Assembly (NCBI GenBank): GCA_036918135.1
Contig: JBALDB010000054.1
Location: forward strand, 93,423-157,422
Reading direction: 5' to 3'
Length of the DNA stretch: 64,000 nucleotides
Source of the DNA: Nostoc sp.
Lineage (GTDB): Bacteria; Cyanobacteriota; Cyanobacteriia; Cyanobacteriales; Nostocaceae
The notes beneath the pieces are model-generated. The model was not told the origin of the DNA. It ran no database searches and saw only the letters and a program-made list of their open reading frames with translations. Of the stretch, positions 47,631 to 57,110 are shown piece by piece (the first letter of the stretch is position 1; the number at the start of each line of letters is the position of its first letter). The position numbers and the translations under genes are program-made.

Positions 47631-47764
47631 TACAGCAGTTTGCAAATAAATGAGGTACAAAATGCAAGAATTAAAACCAGACATAAACAGTTTCTGCCTC
47701 CTGCCCTCTGCCTCCTGCCTCAAAACCATTAACTCTGTACTTCATGCAAATCAAAACTGCTGTA
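47631..47764 (+). repeat. Family A MITE-like repeat, full copy
   Basis: TACAGCAGTTT...AAACTGCTGTA 11-bp TIR; preceded by a GGTAATG heptamer array. Confidence 0.8.
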
Positions 47765-47773
47765 TTAGCCATG

Positions 47774-50386
47774 CTATACGCGAGTTTTAATAGTATCAAT
47801 ATCAACTAATACCACCACAGCGCCGTCAATTTTGTTGTCTGATGTCCTGTAAGGTCGGATTCGTAGATCGTACCAATGACCGTCTTGGTCTTGCACTTCC
47901 TGAGCTTTTAGGTTAAGGGTGCTAATCACTTCTAAAATCTCTTGCTCCAAGTTTGGGATATTTAAGTTGTGTTTAATATCACTGAGCGGTCGCCCTACAT
48001 CTGTCGGTATCAGGTTGAAGATTCTTGCTGCTACCGGAGTAAAGCGCCGGACTCGCAGATCGCTTTCCAATATCAGAATAGGAATGTTAATACTGCTAAG
48101 CACATTCTGCAAATCGTTGCTAGCCAGAATTGATTCAGCATTGCGCCGTTGCAGTTCATCATTAATCGTGTTCAGTTCTTCATTGGTTGCTTGAATTTCT
48201 TCTTTGGCTGTTTGCAGTTCCTCATTAGTACTTTGCAACTCTTCGTTGCTCGATAAGATTTCCTCATTAGCGGCTTTGAGGTTTTGATTAGTGTCTTGGT
48301 GTTCTTTAATAATCGATTGCAGATACTCTTTAGTCTTTGCTAGCTCCTGTTTGAGTAAGATATTCTCCTGCTTAAGACTCAACTGCTGTTGCTGCCTAGA
48401 TTTGTCTGTGCCATCGCTAATTGCCACCAACTCAGAATGCTCTAAAAATGGTATATCCTCAAATACAATTAAAAAGTAGTGTCTTTCGTCTGTGAAAGGT
48501 TTAAATGGAATTACATCAACTCTCACAAGCTTCAGTCGATCTGAGTCTCTAAGTTGTAAATCTTCCTTTCTTACTGACACTAACTGCTCTTTTGCTTGTT
48601 GAATGGCATTGCGTAGCTCAAACCGCAATCCTTCTTTTGTCATTTTTAGCAGGTTCAGACTTGCTTTGCCTGGTGCGGGTTCCAGGTAGGGACTGACCTG
48701 CCCCCGAAATTGCATAATTTCTAAATCGTAGTTGATAATCACACCAGCAGGAGCGTATTGATTCAGCACGATTTGGTCAGCTTGGTTTTGCAAATCCATG
48801 TCTTTACTGGGATTCTCGCTTACTTCTAATTGAGAGGTTAGGGCTGGTGTAGGATATTGGTTGGCAAGCATATCAATGTTGAGCGGCTCTGATACTGGCT
48901 TGCTGGTATAAATCTTGTACTTATTGTCTAACAGTTCAAATAACTTCGTAAAATCACCTACTGTCTCTGAAGTGCCTAACATCAGAAAGCCTGTTGGTTT
49001 CAGACCATAGTGGAACAGCCGCAGCAGCTTCTTTTGCACGGAAGCTCCCAAATAAATTAATACATTTCTACAAGTAATCAGATCCAACCGCGAAAATGGT
49101 GGGTCAGTCATGAGATTATGCTTGGCGAAGACGCACAACTCCCGCACTGGCTTGCTAATCTGGTAGCCCTCCTCTACCTGGACAAAAAAGCGCTGTAGAC
49201 GTGCTGGAGAGATATCTACGATCTGGTTAGGCTTGTAGATGCCGTTGCGGGCTTTCTCAATTACGTAGTCATTGACATCTGTAGCAAAAATCTGGATAGG
49301 CGGATTAATTCCTTGGACTGTCAAATACTCTAGTAAGCACATGGCAAGGGAGTAAGCTTCCTGACCTGTTGAGCATCCAGCTACCCAGATACGGATGGGC
49401 AAATCCGGCGTTCGTCCATTCACAATTAAAGGAAATACTTTACTCTTCAAGGCTTCAAAAGCTTCAGCATCTCGGAAAAAATGAGTGATATTAATTAGCA
49501 AATCTTGATACAGTGCGCTCACTTCCGTTGGCTTGTCCTGGAGATAGCGGACATAATCCTCCAGCCTTTCCAGGTTGTACAAAACCATCCGTCGCAGAAT
49601 GCGCCGCTTGAGAGTGGTTGGCTTGTAGTAGCTAAAATCAACCCCACTACTAGTCCGCAGCAGACTGAAAATTGTCGAGAGAGCTTCGCTATTATCCGAC
49701 AGTTTTTCAGTCGCTTCTACCGTCGAGTGGATAAGATACGAATGATGGCTGAGCTTTGCCAGTTCGGATGCAATTTCTTGCGGGGGCAGAATGAAGTCTA
49801 CATAACCCGAAGCTACAGCGGTATTGGGCATACTACTAATTTGTGCCGTGTTCTCACACTGAGCAAAGGTAATGCCACCTGCTTCCTTGATTTTTTGCAC
49901 TCCCCGCGTGCCATCTCCATCGCCCCCCGATAAGACGATCGCAATCGCTCTACTTCCATACTCTGCTAGCGAAAAAAAGAATGCATCAACTGTCATATAG
50001 TGACCGCGCGTCTTCACGCGCGCTGTGAGTTTCAGCATTCCTTGAGAAATACTCATATTTTTGTTGGGTGGAATCACGTAGACATGATTCGGTTCTACGG
50101 GCATACCATCCTGTACTTCATGTACGGGCATCTGGGTTGACTTAGAAAGAATCTCGCTCAACATACTTTTATGCTCTGGGCTTAAGTGTTGAACCAGCAC
50201 AAAAGCCATACCAGTATCGTTAGGTAAATTACTCAGCAATTGTGTGAATGCTTCTAATCCTCCCGCAGAGGCTCCCATACCGACTATCGGAAATAATTGC
50301 TTTCCATCGTCCTGCTGCTTTTGTGTAGAGGTTTGAGCTGCCGTGGTATCGCTTTGAGATTTCTTGGAAGAACGTCTAGGAGCCAT
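47774..50386 (-). CDS. CheB-CheR fusion with PAS, coiled coil and PAS_10 domain; no kinase output
   Basis: GASAGGLEA, VQHL, LSGGDGDG; DFSYYK..TLKRRI, RIWVAGCSTGQEAYS, DLITCRNVLIY; EELQSTNEELQTAKEEIQATNEEL; RIRPYRT.DNKIDG. Confidence 0.92.
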   Translation of the reverse strand: MAPRRSSKKSQSDTTAAQTSTQKQQDDGKQLFPIVGMGASAGGLEAFTQLLSNLPNDTGMAFVLVQHLSPEHKSMLSEILSKSTQMPVHEVQDGMPVEPNHVYVIPPNKNMSISQGMLKLTARVKTRGHYMTVDAFFFSLAEYGSRAIAIVLSGGDGDGTRGVQKIKEAGGITFAQCENTAQISSMPNTAVASGYVDFILPPQEIASELAKLSHHSYLIHSTVEATEKLSDNSEALSTIFSLLRTSSGVDFSYYKPTTLKRRILRRMVLYNLERLEDYVRYLQDKPTEVSALYQDLLINITHFFRDAEAFEALKSKVFPLIVNGRTPDLPIRIWVAGCSTGQEAYSLAMCLLEYLTVQGINPPIQIFATDVNDYVIEKARNGIYKPNQIVDISPARLQRFFVQVEEGYQISKPVRELCVFAKHNLMTDPPFSRLDLITCRNVLIYLGASVQKKLLRLFHYGLKPTGFLMLGTSETVGDFTKLFELLDNKYKIYTSKPVSEPLNIDMLANQYPTPALTSQLEVSENPSKDMDLQNQADQIVLNQYAPAGVIINYDLEIMQFRGQVSPYLEPAPGKASLNLLKMTKEGLRFELRNAIQQAKEQLVSVRKEDLQLRDSDRLKLVRVDVIPFKPFTDERHYFLIVFEDIPFLEHSELVAISDGTDKSRQQQQLSLKQENILLKQELAKTKEYLQSIIKEHQDTNQNLKAANEEILSSNEELQSTNEELQTAKEEIQATNEELNTINDELQRRNAESILASNDLQNVLSSINIPILILESDLRVRRFTPVAARIFNLIPTDVGRPLSDIKHNLNIPNLEQEILEVISTLNLKAQEVQDQDGHWYDLRIRPYRTSDNKIDGAVVVLVDIDTIKTRV

Positions 50387-50643
50387 AATGTGCAGCAGAT
50401 AATACTTTAAAGTGTTCTATTTCTATTAATCTAGATTAGGCATCTCAGATTTACTATCACCAGATATAAATTTAAGCAAATAAATTTTACACTCTAATTT
50501 CATAGTGAGTAAAAATGCATAAATTTTTATTGGATCGCAACTAATCTTGATATAGCTGTCACCAGCAGTAGTGATTGAAGCCGCAAACGCTTATTTGCTA
50601 AGATTTCTAGTGCGACAACATTGAAACAGGGCAACTCTCGATC

Positions 50644-51639
50644 ATGCCAACATCTACAATTGACGCTCAAGACGCAGCTGCTATCCAAGCTGCAACACAA
50701 GGGGTTGCAATATGCGATCGCTCTGGCTGGGGACGCATCAAAGTGTCTGGCGATGACCGACTCCGCTTTTTACACAACCAAAGTACTAATGATTTCCTCG
50801 CACTCAAGCCAGGACAAGGTTGTGATACAGTTTTTGTCACTTCCACAGCCAGAACAATTGACTTAGTAACCGCCTACATCAGAGAAGATGCGGCGATTTT
50901 GCTCGTTTCGCCTAACCGCCGCCAGTTTCTTATGGAATGGCTAGACAAATATATTTTCTTTGCCGATAAGGTGGAATTATCTGATATTACACAATACACC
51001 AACACCCTGGGCCTGATTGGGCCGGGAAGCGACGCTGTAATTGAAAAGTTGGGTATTGGGGAACTCATTGGGCAACCTTACGGTAGTCACCAAGTTTATA
51101 CTATTGCACCCGCCGAAGGAGTGCGAATTGCTGTAGGTAGTGGGTTAGCCATTCCTGGATACACTTTGACTTTTCCCTATACTGACAAAGCAACGGTGTG
51201 GAACAAACTGTTAGAAGCTGGGGCAGTAGAGATGAGCGATCGCGCCTGGGATATGTTGCGAATCTTACAAGGACGCCCTGCCCCAGAGGCAGAACTCACA
51301 GATGATTACAATCCGTTGGAAGCTGGTTTGTGGCAAACAATTTCTTTTAATAAAGGTTGCTATATTGGGCAAGAAACCATTGCTCGGTTAAACACATATA
51401 AAGGTGTCAAACAACACTTACTCGGTGTCAAACTCAGTGCTGCTGCGGAAATTGGAAGTGCGATCGTCATTGGAGATGAAAAGGTGGGTAAACTTACCAG
51501 TTACACACAAACTCCTGATGGTTACTTTGGACTAGGTTACATCCGCACCAAAGCTGGTGGTGCGGGTTTGAAAGTTCGAGTGGGAGAAACTGATGGTGAA
51601 GTAGTAGAAATCCCCTTTGTTTCTCACGAGTACCCCTAA
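50644..51639 (+). CDS. ygfZ: Folate-binding protein YgfZ/GcvT family
   Basis: GDDRLRFLHNQSTND and the signature SFNKGCYIGQE. Confidence 0.92.
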   Translation: MPTSTIDAQDAAAIQAATQGVAICDRSGWGRIKVSGDDRLRFLHNQSTNDFLALKPGQGCDTVFVTSTARTIDLVTAYIREDAAILLVSPNRRQFLMEWLDKYIFFADKVELSDITQYTNTLGLIGPGSDAVIEKLGIGELIGQPYGSHQVYTIAPAEGVRIAVGSGLAIPGYTLTFPYTDKATVWNKLLEAGAVEMSDRAWDMLRILQGRPAPEAELTDDYNPLEAGLWQTISFNKGCYIGQETIARLNTYKGVKQHLLGVKLSAAAEIGSAIVIGDEKVGKLTSYTQTPDGYFGLGYIRTKAGGAGLKVRVGETDGEVVEIPFVSHEYP

Positions 51640-51644
51640 GCAAT

Positions 51645-54095
51645 TCAATTTATATGTGCGATGGTAACACCACTCCCACCATCTGCTTGTTCTGCGGCTT
51701 CGTAACGGTCAACTCTCGGATGCTGGTGCAAAAAGGCGTGGACACCTTGTCGCAACTTCCCAGTACCGTGTCCGTGAATAATCCATACCGGGCCTGTAGC
51801 TTCGGAGATGGCTTTATCGAGAATCAATTCTGCATCAGCTACCCGCTTACCACGCAAATCAATGGTATTTTTCGAGGTGCGAATTGCTGGAACATTTTGG
51901 GGTGGTGGTGTAACTGCGGCTGGGGCTGGTTTGGGTTTGACAACTGGTTCTGCTTTTTGACCATCTAAAGATTCTACGTCTTGCAACTTCACAGTCATCT
52001 TCATCAGCCCAAACCGAACGCTTAACTCTCCATCGGCATCGGGTGCGGTTAACACTTCCGCTGTCTGTCCGAGTTTGGGAACGCGGAGGCGATCGCCTAC
52101 TTTGGGCATAAACCCAGGTTTTGGTTTTGCTGGGGTTGCTGGCTGATATTGCTGAGTAATTTTATTTAAAGCGTTAGTTGCTTGTTGGGCGTCTTGGGCT
52201 GTGGGCGTACCTTGTTGCAAGCGGCGGATCACTTGGGCAATTTCATTTTTTGCTTGGGCGATCGCTTGTTGTACTGCTATTTCTTGTGAAGCCCGCAAAG
52301 CGCTTTCTCTCTCCTCCAAAGCCGCAGCTTTAGTAGATACTTGTTTGTACAAACGTTCCGCTTGCTGCAACAAATTTTGAGCTTCCGCAGCTTTGGTTTC
52401 CTGGCGACGGCGTTGGGCTTCTAACCCAGCAATCACCTGGTTAACTTCATCAGTTGCTTCTCCGACTTGAGTTTTTGCCACTTCTACCACTTCTGGTTTT
52501 AATCCCAAGCGCAGGGCAATTGTTAAGGCATTAGAACGCCCAGGTATGCCCCACAGCAAACGGTAAGTGGGGGAGAGAGTAGTTTCATCAAATTCCACAG
52601 AGGCATTTTCAAACCTTTCATCTTCATATTTCAGGGCTTTGAGTTCGCCAAAGTGAGTAGTGGCAATGGTTAGCTGCGCGTGATTAGCGAGATATTGCAA
52701 TAAGGCGATCGCTAAGGCGCTACCTTCGGCAGGATCGGTGCCCGCACCGACTTCATCGAGTAAAACAAGCGAAGAACACGCGAGGACACCAGGAGGTGGG
52801 GACGCGGTGATGTTATTATTCTTTGCGTCTTCGTGTCTTTCTGTCTCCGTATCTTCTCCCAATGCTTCTAAAATCCGACTAATCCGGCGGATGTGCCCAG
52901 AGAATGTAGATAAACTTTGCTGTAAGGATTGTTCATCCCCAATATCTGCCAGCACTTTGTCAAACCAAGGAATTTCCACTGGTTCGCGGGCGGGGACAAA
53001 TAAACCGACTTTGGCCATCAATGCTGCTAACCCTAGAGTTTTTAGGGTTACAGTTTTTCCGCCTGTATTCGGCCCGGTAATTGTCACTACCCGAATGTAG
53101 GGACTGATGAGTAAATCCACGGGAACCACTGGTTGTCCTTGTTCGTGCTGTTGTTGCCACACTAACAGAGGATGCCGCAAGTTCCGCAAAGTAATCATTT
53201 CATTTTCTGGCGGCTGGATGAATCGTGGGGGATTGGCTCCTAGCCAGTAACTATATCGGGATCTAGCGGTTGCTAAATCCAAAGTCGTGACAATTGCTAA
53301 CAACCTTTCCAAATCCGGTTTGACTGCGGCTACTTGTTCTGTCAAAGCGCGGCGAATTGCTTCTTCTTCCGCTTGCTCTCTTCTGATGATTTGCCGCAGT
53401 TGATTGCCCAGAGGTACGATTGAATTAGGTTCGATGTAGAGCGTCGCACCGCTAGTAGAGGAATCGTGGACAATACCGGGAATCGCGTCTTTTTGGGGTG
53501 CTTTGACGGGGATGACAAAGCGATCGCCCCGTTGGGTAATAATCTGTTCCTGAACTGCTCCTGATTTTGCCTGGATAATATTTTGCAGTTTTTGGATAAT
53601 TTGCGAACGCAATCGCCGCAACTCTGTGCGGATTTCGCCCAGTTTTATACTGGCGCGATCCGTTACCTGTGCCCGTTCATCAATACAGCGGTGAATTTCC
53701 TGTTCTAGTTCTGGGTAAGTCCGCAAATCGGCAACCAAATCAGTGAGTATTGGCAAATCTTCCTGATTGTCAATTACACGCCGCAAATTTCTTGCACCAG
53801 CTAAAGTGGTGGCGATGGCTAAGAGTTCATCTCCTGCCAAAATTCCGCTGCGTTCTGCCCGTTCTAGGGAATCACCGATATCTTGAATTCCCTCAAATGA
53901 CAGTCCTGTAGTCAGGCGAGTTTCCAGTTGATAGACTTCTTTAGTTTGCTCTAATAACTGTTCGCTTTCTGCCTGAAAACCGGGTATTTTCAGATGACGC
54001 GCGGCTATAACCCCCAGTTTAGTTGCCGCAAAGGTGGAAAGGTGCTGGCATAAACGATGCCATTCTAATAGTTCTAAGGTTTCAGATTGGATCAA
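51645..54095 (-). CDS. mutS2: Endonuclease MutS2
   Basis: TGPNTGGKT, DIGDEQSL.QSLSTFS, LLDEVGAGTDP, ATTH, C-terminal Smr domain (IDLRG, IIHGHGTG, GGSGVT). Confidence 0.95.
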   Translation of the reverse strand: MIQSETLELLEWHRLCQHLSTFAATKLGVIAARHLKIPGFQAESEQLLEQTKEVYQLETRLTTGLSFEGIQDIGDSLERAERSGILAGDELLAIATTLAGARNLRRVIDNQEDLPILTDLVADLRTYPELEQEIHRCIDERAQVTDRASIKLGEIRTELRRLRSQIIQKLQNIIQAKSGAVQEQIITQRGDRFVIPVKAPQKDAIPGIVHDSSTSGATLYIEPNSIVPLGNQLRQIIRREQAEEEAIRRALTEQVAAVKPDLERLLAIVTTLDLATARSRYSYWLGANPPRFIQPPENEMITLRNLRHPLLVWQQQHEQGQPVVPVDLLISPYIRVVTITGPNTGGKTVTLKTLGLAALMAKVGLFVPAREPVEIPWFDKVLADIGDEQSLQQSLSTFSGHIRRISRILEALGEDTETERHEDAKNNNITASPPPGVLACSSLVLLDEVGAGTDPAEGSALAIALLQYLANHAQLTIATTHFGELKALKYEDERFENASVEFDETTLSPTYRLLWGIPGRSNALTIALRLGLKPEVVEVAKTQVGEATDEVNQVIAGLEAQRRRQETKAAEAQNLLQQAERLYKQVSTKAAALEERESALRASQEIAVQQAIAQAKNEIAQVIRRLQQGTPTAQDAQQATNALNKITQQYQPATPAKPKPGFMPKVGDRLRVPKLGQTAEVLTAPDADGELSVRFGLMKMTVKLQDVESLDGQKAEPVVKPKPAPAAVTPPPQNVPAIRTSKNTIDLRGKRVADAELILDKAISEATGPVWIIHGHGTGKLRQGVHAFLHQHPRVDRYEAAEQADGGSGVTIAHIN

Positions 54096-54288
54096 GGCTT
54101 CAACGTCTAATCTGAAACTATCGTAACAATTCTAGCCCCTGGATGGCTAAGCCTCAAAGGATAAAATACAGATGTTTACTGATGCTCAAGACGCTCTCAA
54201 GAGATAGCAGTATTCTCCAGGATATGACTACCTTGTTCTAAATATTTATACTAGCTAAATGTAGCAATAAAAACAATATTTTGGGATT

Positions 54289-54868
54289 ATGGTTCAAACA
54301 ATACAAGCTAAAGAAATAACCCTGCTTAACTTAGAGACCAGCTTTAGACTTTAATTGGTTGAGGATGAGCAATTTTTTAGAGAGTGGCAAGATACCTTGC
54401 CTGAAATTACCAACCCTCAAAAACAACAACTCGACTGAGTTAAGGCAAGTTATGCCAATTTGCTCAAGTATCCTCCCTTGCTGGAAAATACTGTCAAGAT
54501 GGTGGTGTTATCTCCCTTGTTGGATTTAGCAGACTTTTATCTATCTCGGTTTCATATCAAATCTGAAAAATCTGTAGAAGTTGCGGCTGTTGACGAAGGT
54601 GTAACTGGTTAAAGGGCAGATTGATGTTTTAGTTTTGTTTGAACAGCTAGTAGTAGTAGTTATAGAGTCCAAACAAGCAGCTTTTTCTGTGGAAGTGGGG
54701 AAACCACAGCTGCTAGCTTATATGCTTGCAATTTCTAACATGGATAAACCAATATACGGACTAATCACCAATGGTGGTAGTTTTATTTTCGTTAAGTTAA
54801 TTCAACAAGAAATACCAAAGTGTGCTTTGTCTCGCTTGTTCTACATTTTCAATCCAAGGAATGAGTTG
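54289..54868 (+). pseudogene. Decayed type I restriction R-subunit-like (PD-(D/E)XK) gene
   Basis: MVQTIQAKEITL..LE..F.L* ... FFREWQ..LPEI...QLD* VKASY...LLENTVKMVVLSPLLDLADFY..., frameshift near 54605, then KGQIDVLVL..VIESK...PQLLAYML...YGLITNG..F.FVKL. The 3' end is interrupted by a family A repeat. Confidence 0.8.
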
Positions 54869-54974
54869 TATAGCAGGAGGCAGAAGGCAGGAGGCAGGAG
54901 GCAGGAGGTAGAAACTGTTTATGTCTGGTTTTAATTCTTGCATTTTGTACCTCACTTAATTGCAAACTGCTGTA
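54869..54974 (-). repeat. Family A dispersed repeat
   Basis: TATAGCAGGAGGCAG...GCAAACTGCTGTA; near-identical core to 45275-45373. Confidence 0.8.
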
Positions 54975-55032
54975 TTTGAATAAGGATAATTGGTGAAGGC
55001 TAGTAAACCTTCTGATTGGGAATTATCAATTG

Positions 55033-55821
55033 TTATGCTCCCATCCCAGAATATCGCTTCAAACCCGCGCGCCAAAGCAAACGATTTGCACCCAAAAATA
55101 TTAATATCCAAGCCACCATTGAGAAAAATCCTTGCCATACATTCACAGGTAGCCCTACCAAAATACTCGCAGGAAAATCAATCAAATAAGGAAACGGTGT
55201 AAACGTGACTATTTTCCGCACAGGTTCCGGAAAAACTTCTAAAGGTGCTATCAAACCAGATAAAAATATATAAAACAACAACCAAAAATTTTCTAAAGCG
55301 CTAGCCCGTTCTGTCCAAAAGGCAAACATAGCAAAGGTGTACTGAATTGTAAACCGCAAAGTAAAAGCTAGTACCACCGCCAATATAAACAGTAAAAATT
55401 TACTGAAACTTGGTAACCAAAAAGCTTGAGGATAAAGAATAAAAAATAATCCTACTAACAAAAAAGCAAAGCTTAAGCGGGCAAATCTTTCAGAAATATG
55501 TCCAGCAATATGATGCCATGCTGGGTCTAGTGGTTGTAGCAATTTAGGCGAAAGTTTGCCTTCTACTACCTCTCTTTCAAAGTCCCAAATTACCCAAACA
55601 ACGGTGAGTTGCCTAAGAATGAAAACCGTAATGAAGTAACGGGCAAAATCCACAGGTGATAGCCCAAATCGCCCACCTTGGGCTGCTTGTATCCAGACAC
55701 CCATCAGGATAATCGGCAAAGTCCCAGCCAAAACCCAGAAAATTAGTTCTGCTCGATACTCAACCATATAGGCATAGTATACTAAGAGCAAAGTTGAGAC
55801 TTTTCTAACTATCCGCTTCAT
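55033..55821 (-). CDS. ABC-2 type permease (DUF990-like)
   Basis: YMVEYRAE, EGKLSPKLLQP, FWTERA, LSG.IAPL..FP, RYSGMGA. Confidence 0.87.
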   Translation of the reverse strand: MKRIVRKVSTLLLVYYAYMVEYRAELIFWVLAGTLPIILMGVWIQAAQGGRFGLSPVDFARYFITVFILRQLTVVWVIWDFEREVVEGKLSPKLLQPLDPAWHHIAGHISERFARLSFAFLLVGLFFILYPQAFWLPSFSKFLLFILAVVLAFTLRFTIQYTFAMFAFWTERASALENFWLLFYIFLSGLIAPLEVFPEPVRKIVTFTPFPYLIDFPASILVGLPVNVWQGFFSMVAWILIFLGANRLLWRAGLKRYSGMGA

Positions 55822-55897
55822 TTATTCACTTCCCAGAACAAAAATTACCCACTACTTACAAGTCAGAATTCACAACTCAACACTCAACAGTTAACAC

Positions 55898-56881
55898 TCA
55901 CTCTACAACCCCCGCCTGAAACACTCGCCCAATCACTTCTTCTACAGGCGGTTCGGTAACTGTTAAATCAATTACCTCTAAATCCGTTAAAATCCGAGAT
56001 ACAGTCCGGGTAAGCGACTCTCGTGGGATCAGAAAACGCACTGCTCGCCCTTCTAAGAGTTGCACATTACCATAGCTCGTGAGTTTTTCTATTGGTAGAG
56101 GTTGGGCTAACTCGATATCGACTTCACGGTAAGGAGCAAAACGTTCCAACAATCCATCTAAACTACCGTCATACATCAGCCTTCCTTGGTGAATCAATAA
56201 TACCCGTTGACACAAAGCTGTGATATCAGCCATGTAATGACTAGTTAACAGTACTGTAGCTTGATAACGTTGATTGTACTCACGCAAGAAATCACGCACC
56301 GCCGCTTGAGCATTGACATCCAGTCCCAGGGTTGGTTCATCTAGAAATAATACGTGGGGACGGTGCAAAAGTGCTGCCAATAGTTCTGCTTTCATCCGTT
56401 CACCCAAAGACAACTTCCGCACAGGTTGGGTAAGTTTGCCCTCTAGGGAAAGCATTTCTGTTAATTCTCCCACCCGCCGCTGGAACTCTTTATCAGAGAT
56501 ATTGTACACAGCAGCATTGATTTTTAAAGAATCCAGCGCTGGTAAATCCCAAATTAACTGCTGCTTTTGTCCCATCACCAAAGTAATTTTTTGCAAAAAT
56601 GCTTCTTGGCGACGAAAGGGAACTTGTCCTGCGACTGTAACTATACCGCTAGAAGGATGAATTAGCCCTGTGAGCATTTTGAGTGTGGTGGTTTTACCAG
56701 CACCATTAGGCCCCAAAAACCCTACTACTTCACCAGGAGCAATTTCAAAGGAAACATCCTGAACTGCTTTTATTGTGCGGTAAGTGCGGCGGAAAAAGTG
56801 GCTGATTGTGCCTTTAATACCCGGATTTTTAATTGCTACAGGATAAGATTTGCTTAGCTTTTCGGCAATGATAATTGACAT
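55898..56881 (-). CDS. ABC transporter ATP-binding protein
   Basis: Start MSII at 56881; GPNGAGKTT, LSLGERMK, LFLDEPT, TSHYM. Confidence 0.92.
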   Translation of the reverse strand: MSIIIAEKLSKSYPVAIKNPGIKGTISHFFRRTYRTIKAVQDVSFEIAPGEVVGFLGPNGAGKTTTLKMLTGLIHPSSGIVTVAGQVPFRRQEAFLQKITLVMGQKQQLIWDLPALDSLKINAAVYNISDKEFQRRVGELTEMLSLEGKLTQPVRKLSLGERMKAELLAALLHRPHVLFLDEPTLGLDVNAQAAVRDFLREYNQRYQATVLLTSHYMADITALCQRVLLIHQGRLMYDGSLDGLLERFAPYREVDIELAQPLPIEKLTSYGNVQLLEGRAVRFLIPRESLTRTVSRILTDLEVIDLTVTEPPVEEVIGRVFQAGVVE

Positions 56882-56998
56882 ATTTTTTATCTTATAACCA
56901 CAGAGAACCAATTTAAAAGTCAAAAGGAAAAAAGGTTTTTCTAGTCAACCTCTTGGCAATTTATCGTTGGCAATTTAAATGTAAATGAGCTTAAACAC

Positions 56999-57031
56999 AG
57001 ATGATCGCAGATAAATTATCTGCGATCATCT
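56999..57031. repeat. Perfect 16-bp-arm palindrome
   Basis: AGATGATCGCAGATAA-A-TTATCTGCGATCATCT. Confidence 0.8.
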
Positions 57032-57110
57032 CTAGTTCCAAGTAATCAAACGCGGATTTAGTAATTATAAGTTCCCATTTTGGGAATTATCCAGCTAAAA
57101 AGCATCAATT

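Noticed and set aside
54261..54274. GTA-N8-AAC NtcA-like site
   Set aside because: Imperfect match lying in front of a pseudogene; likely chance.
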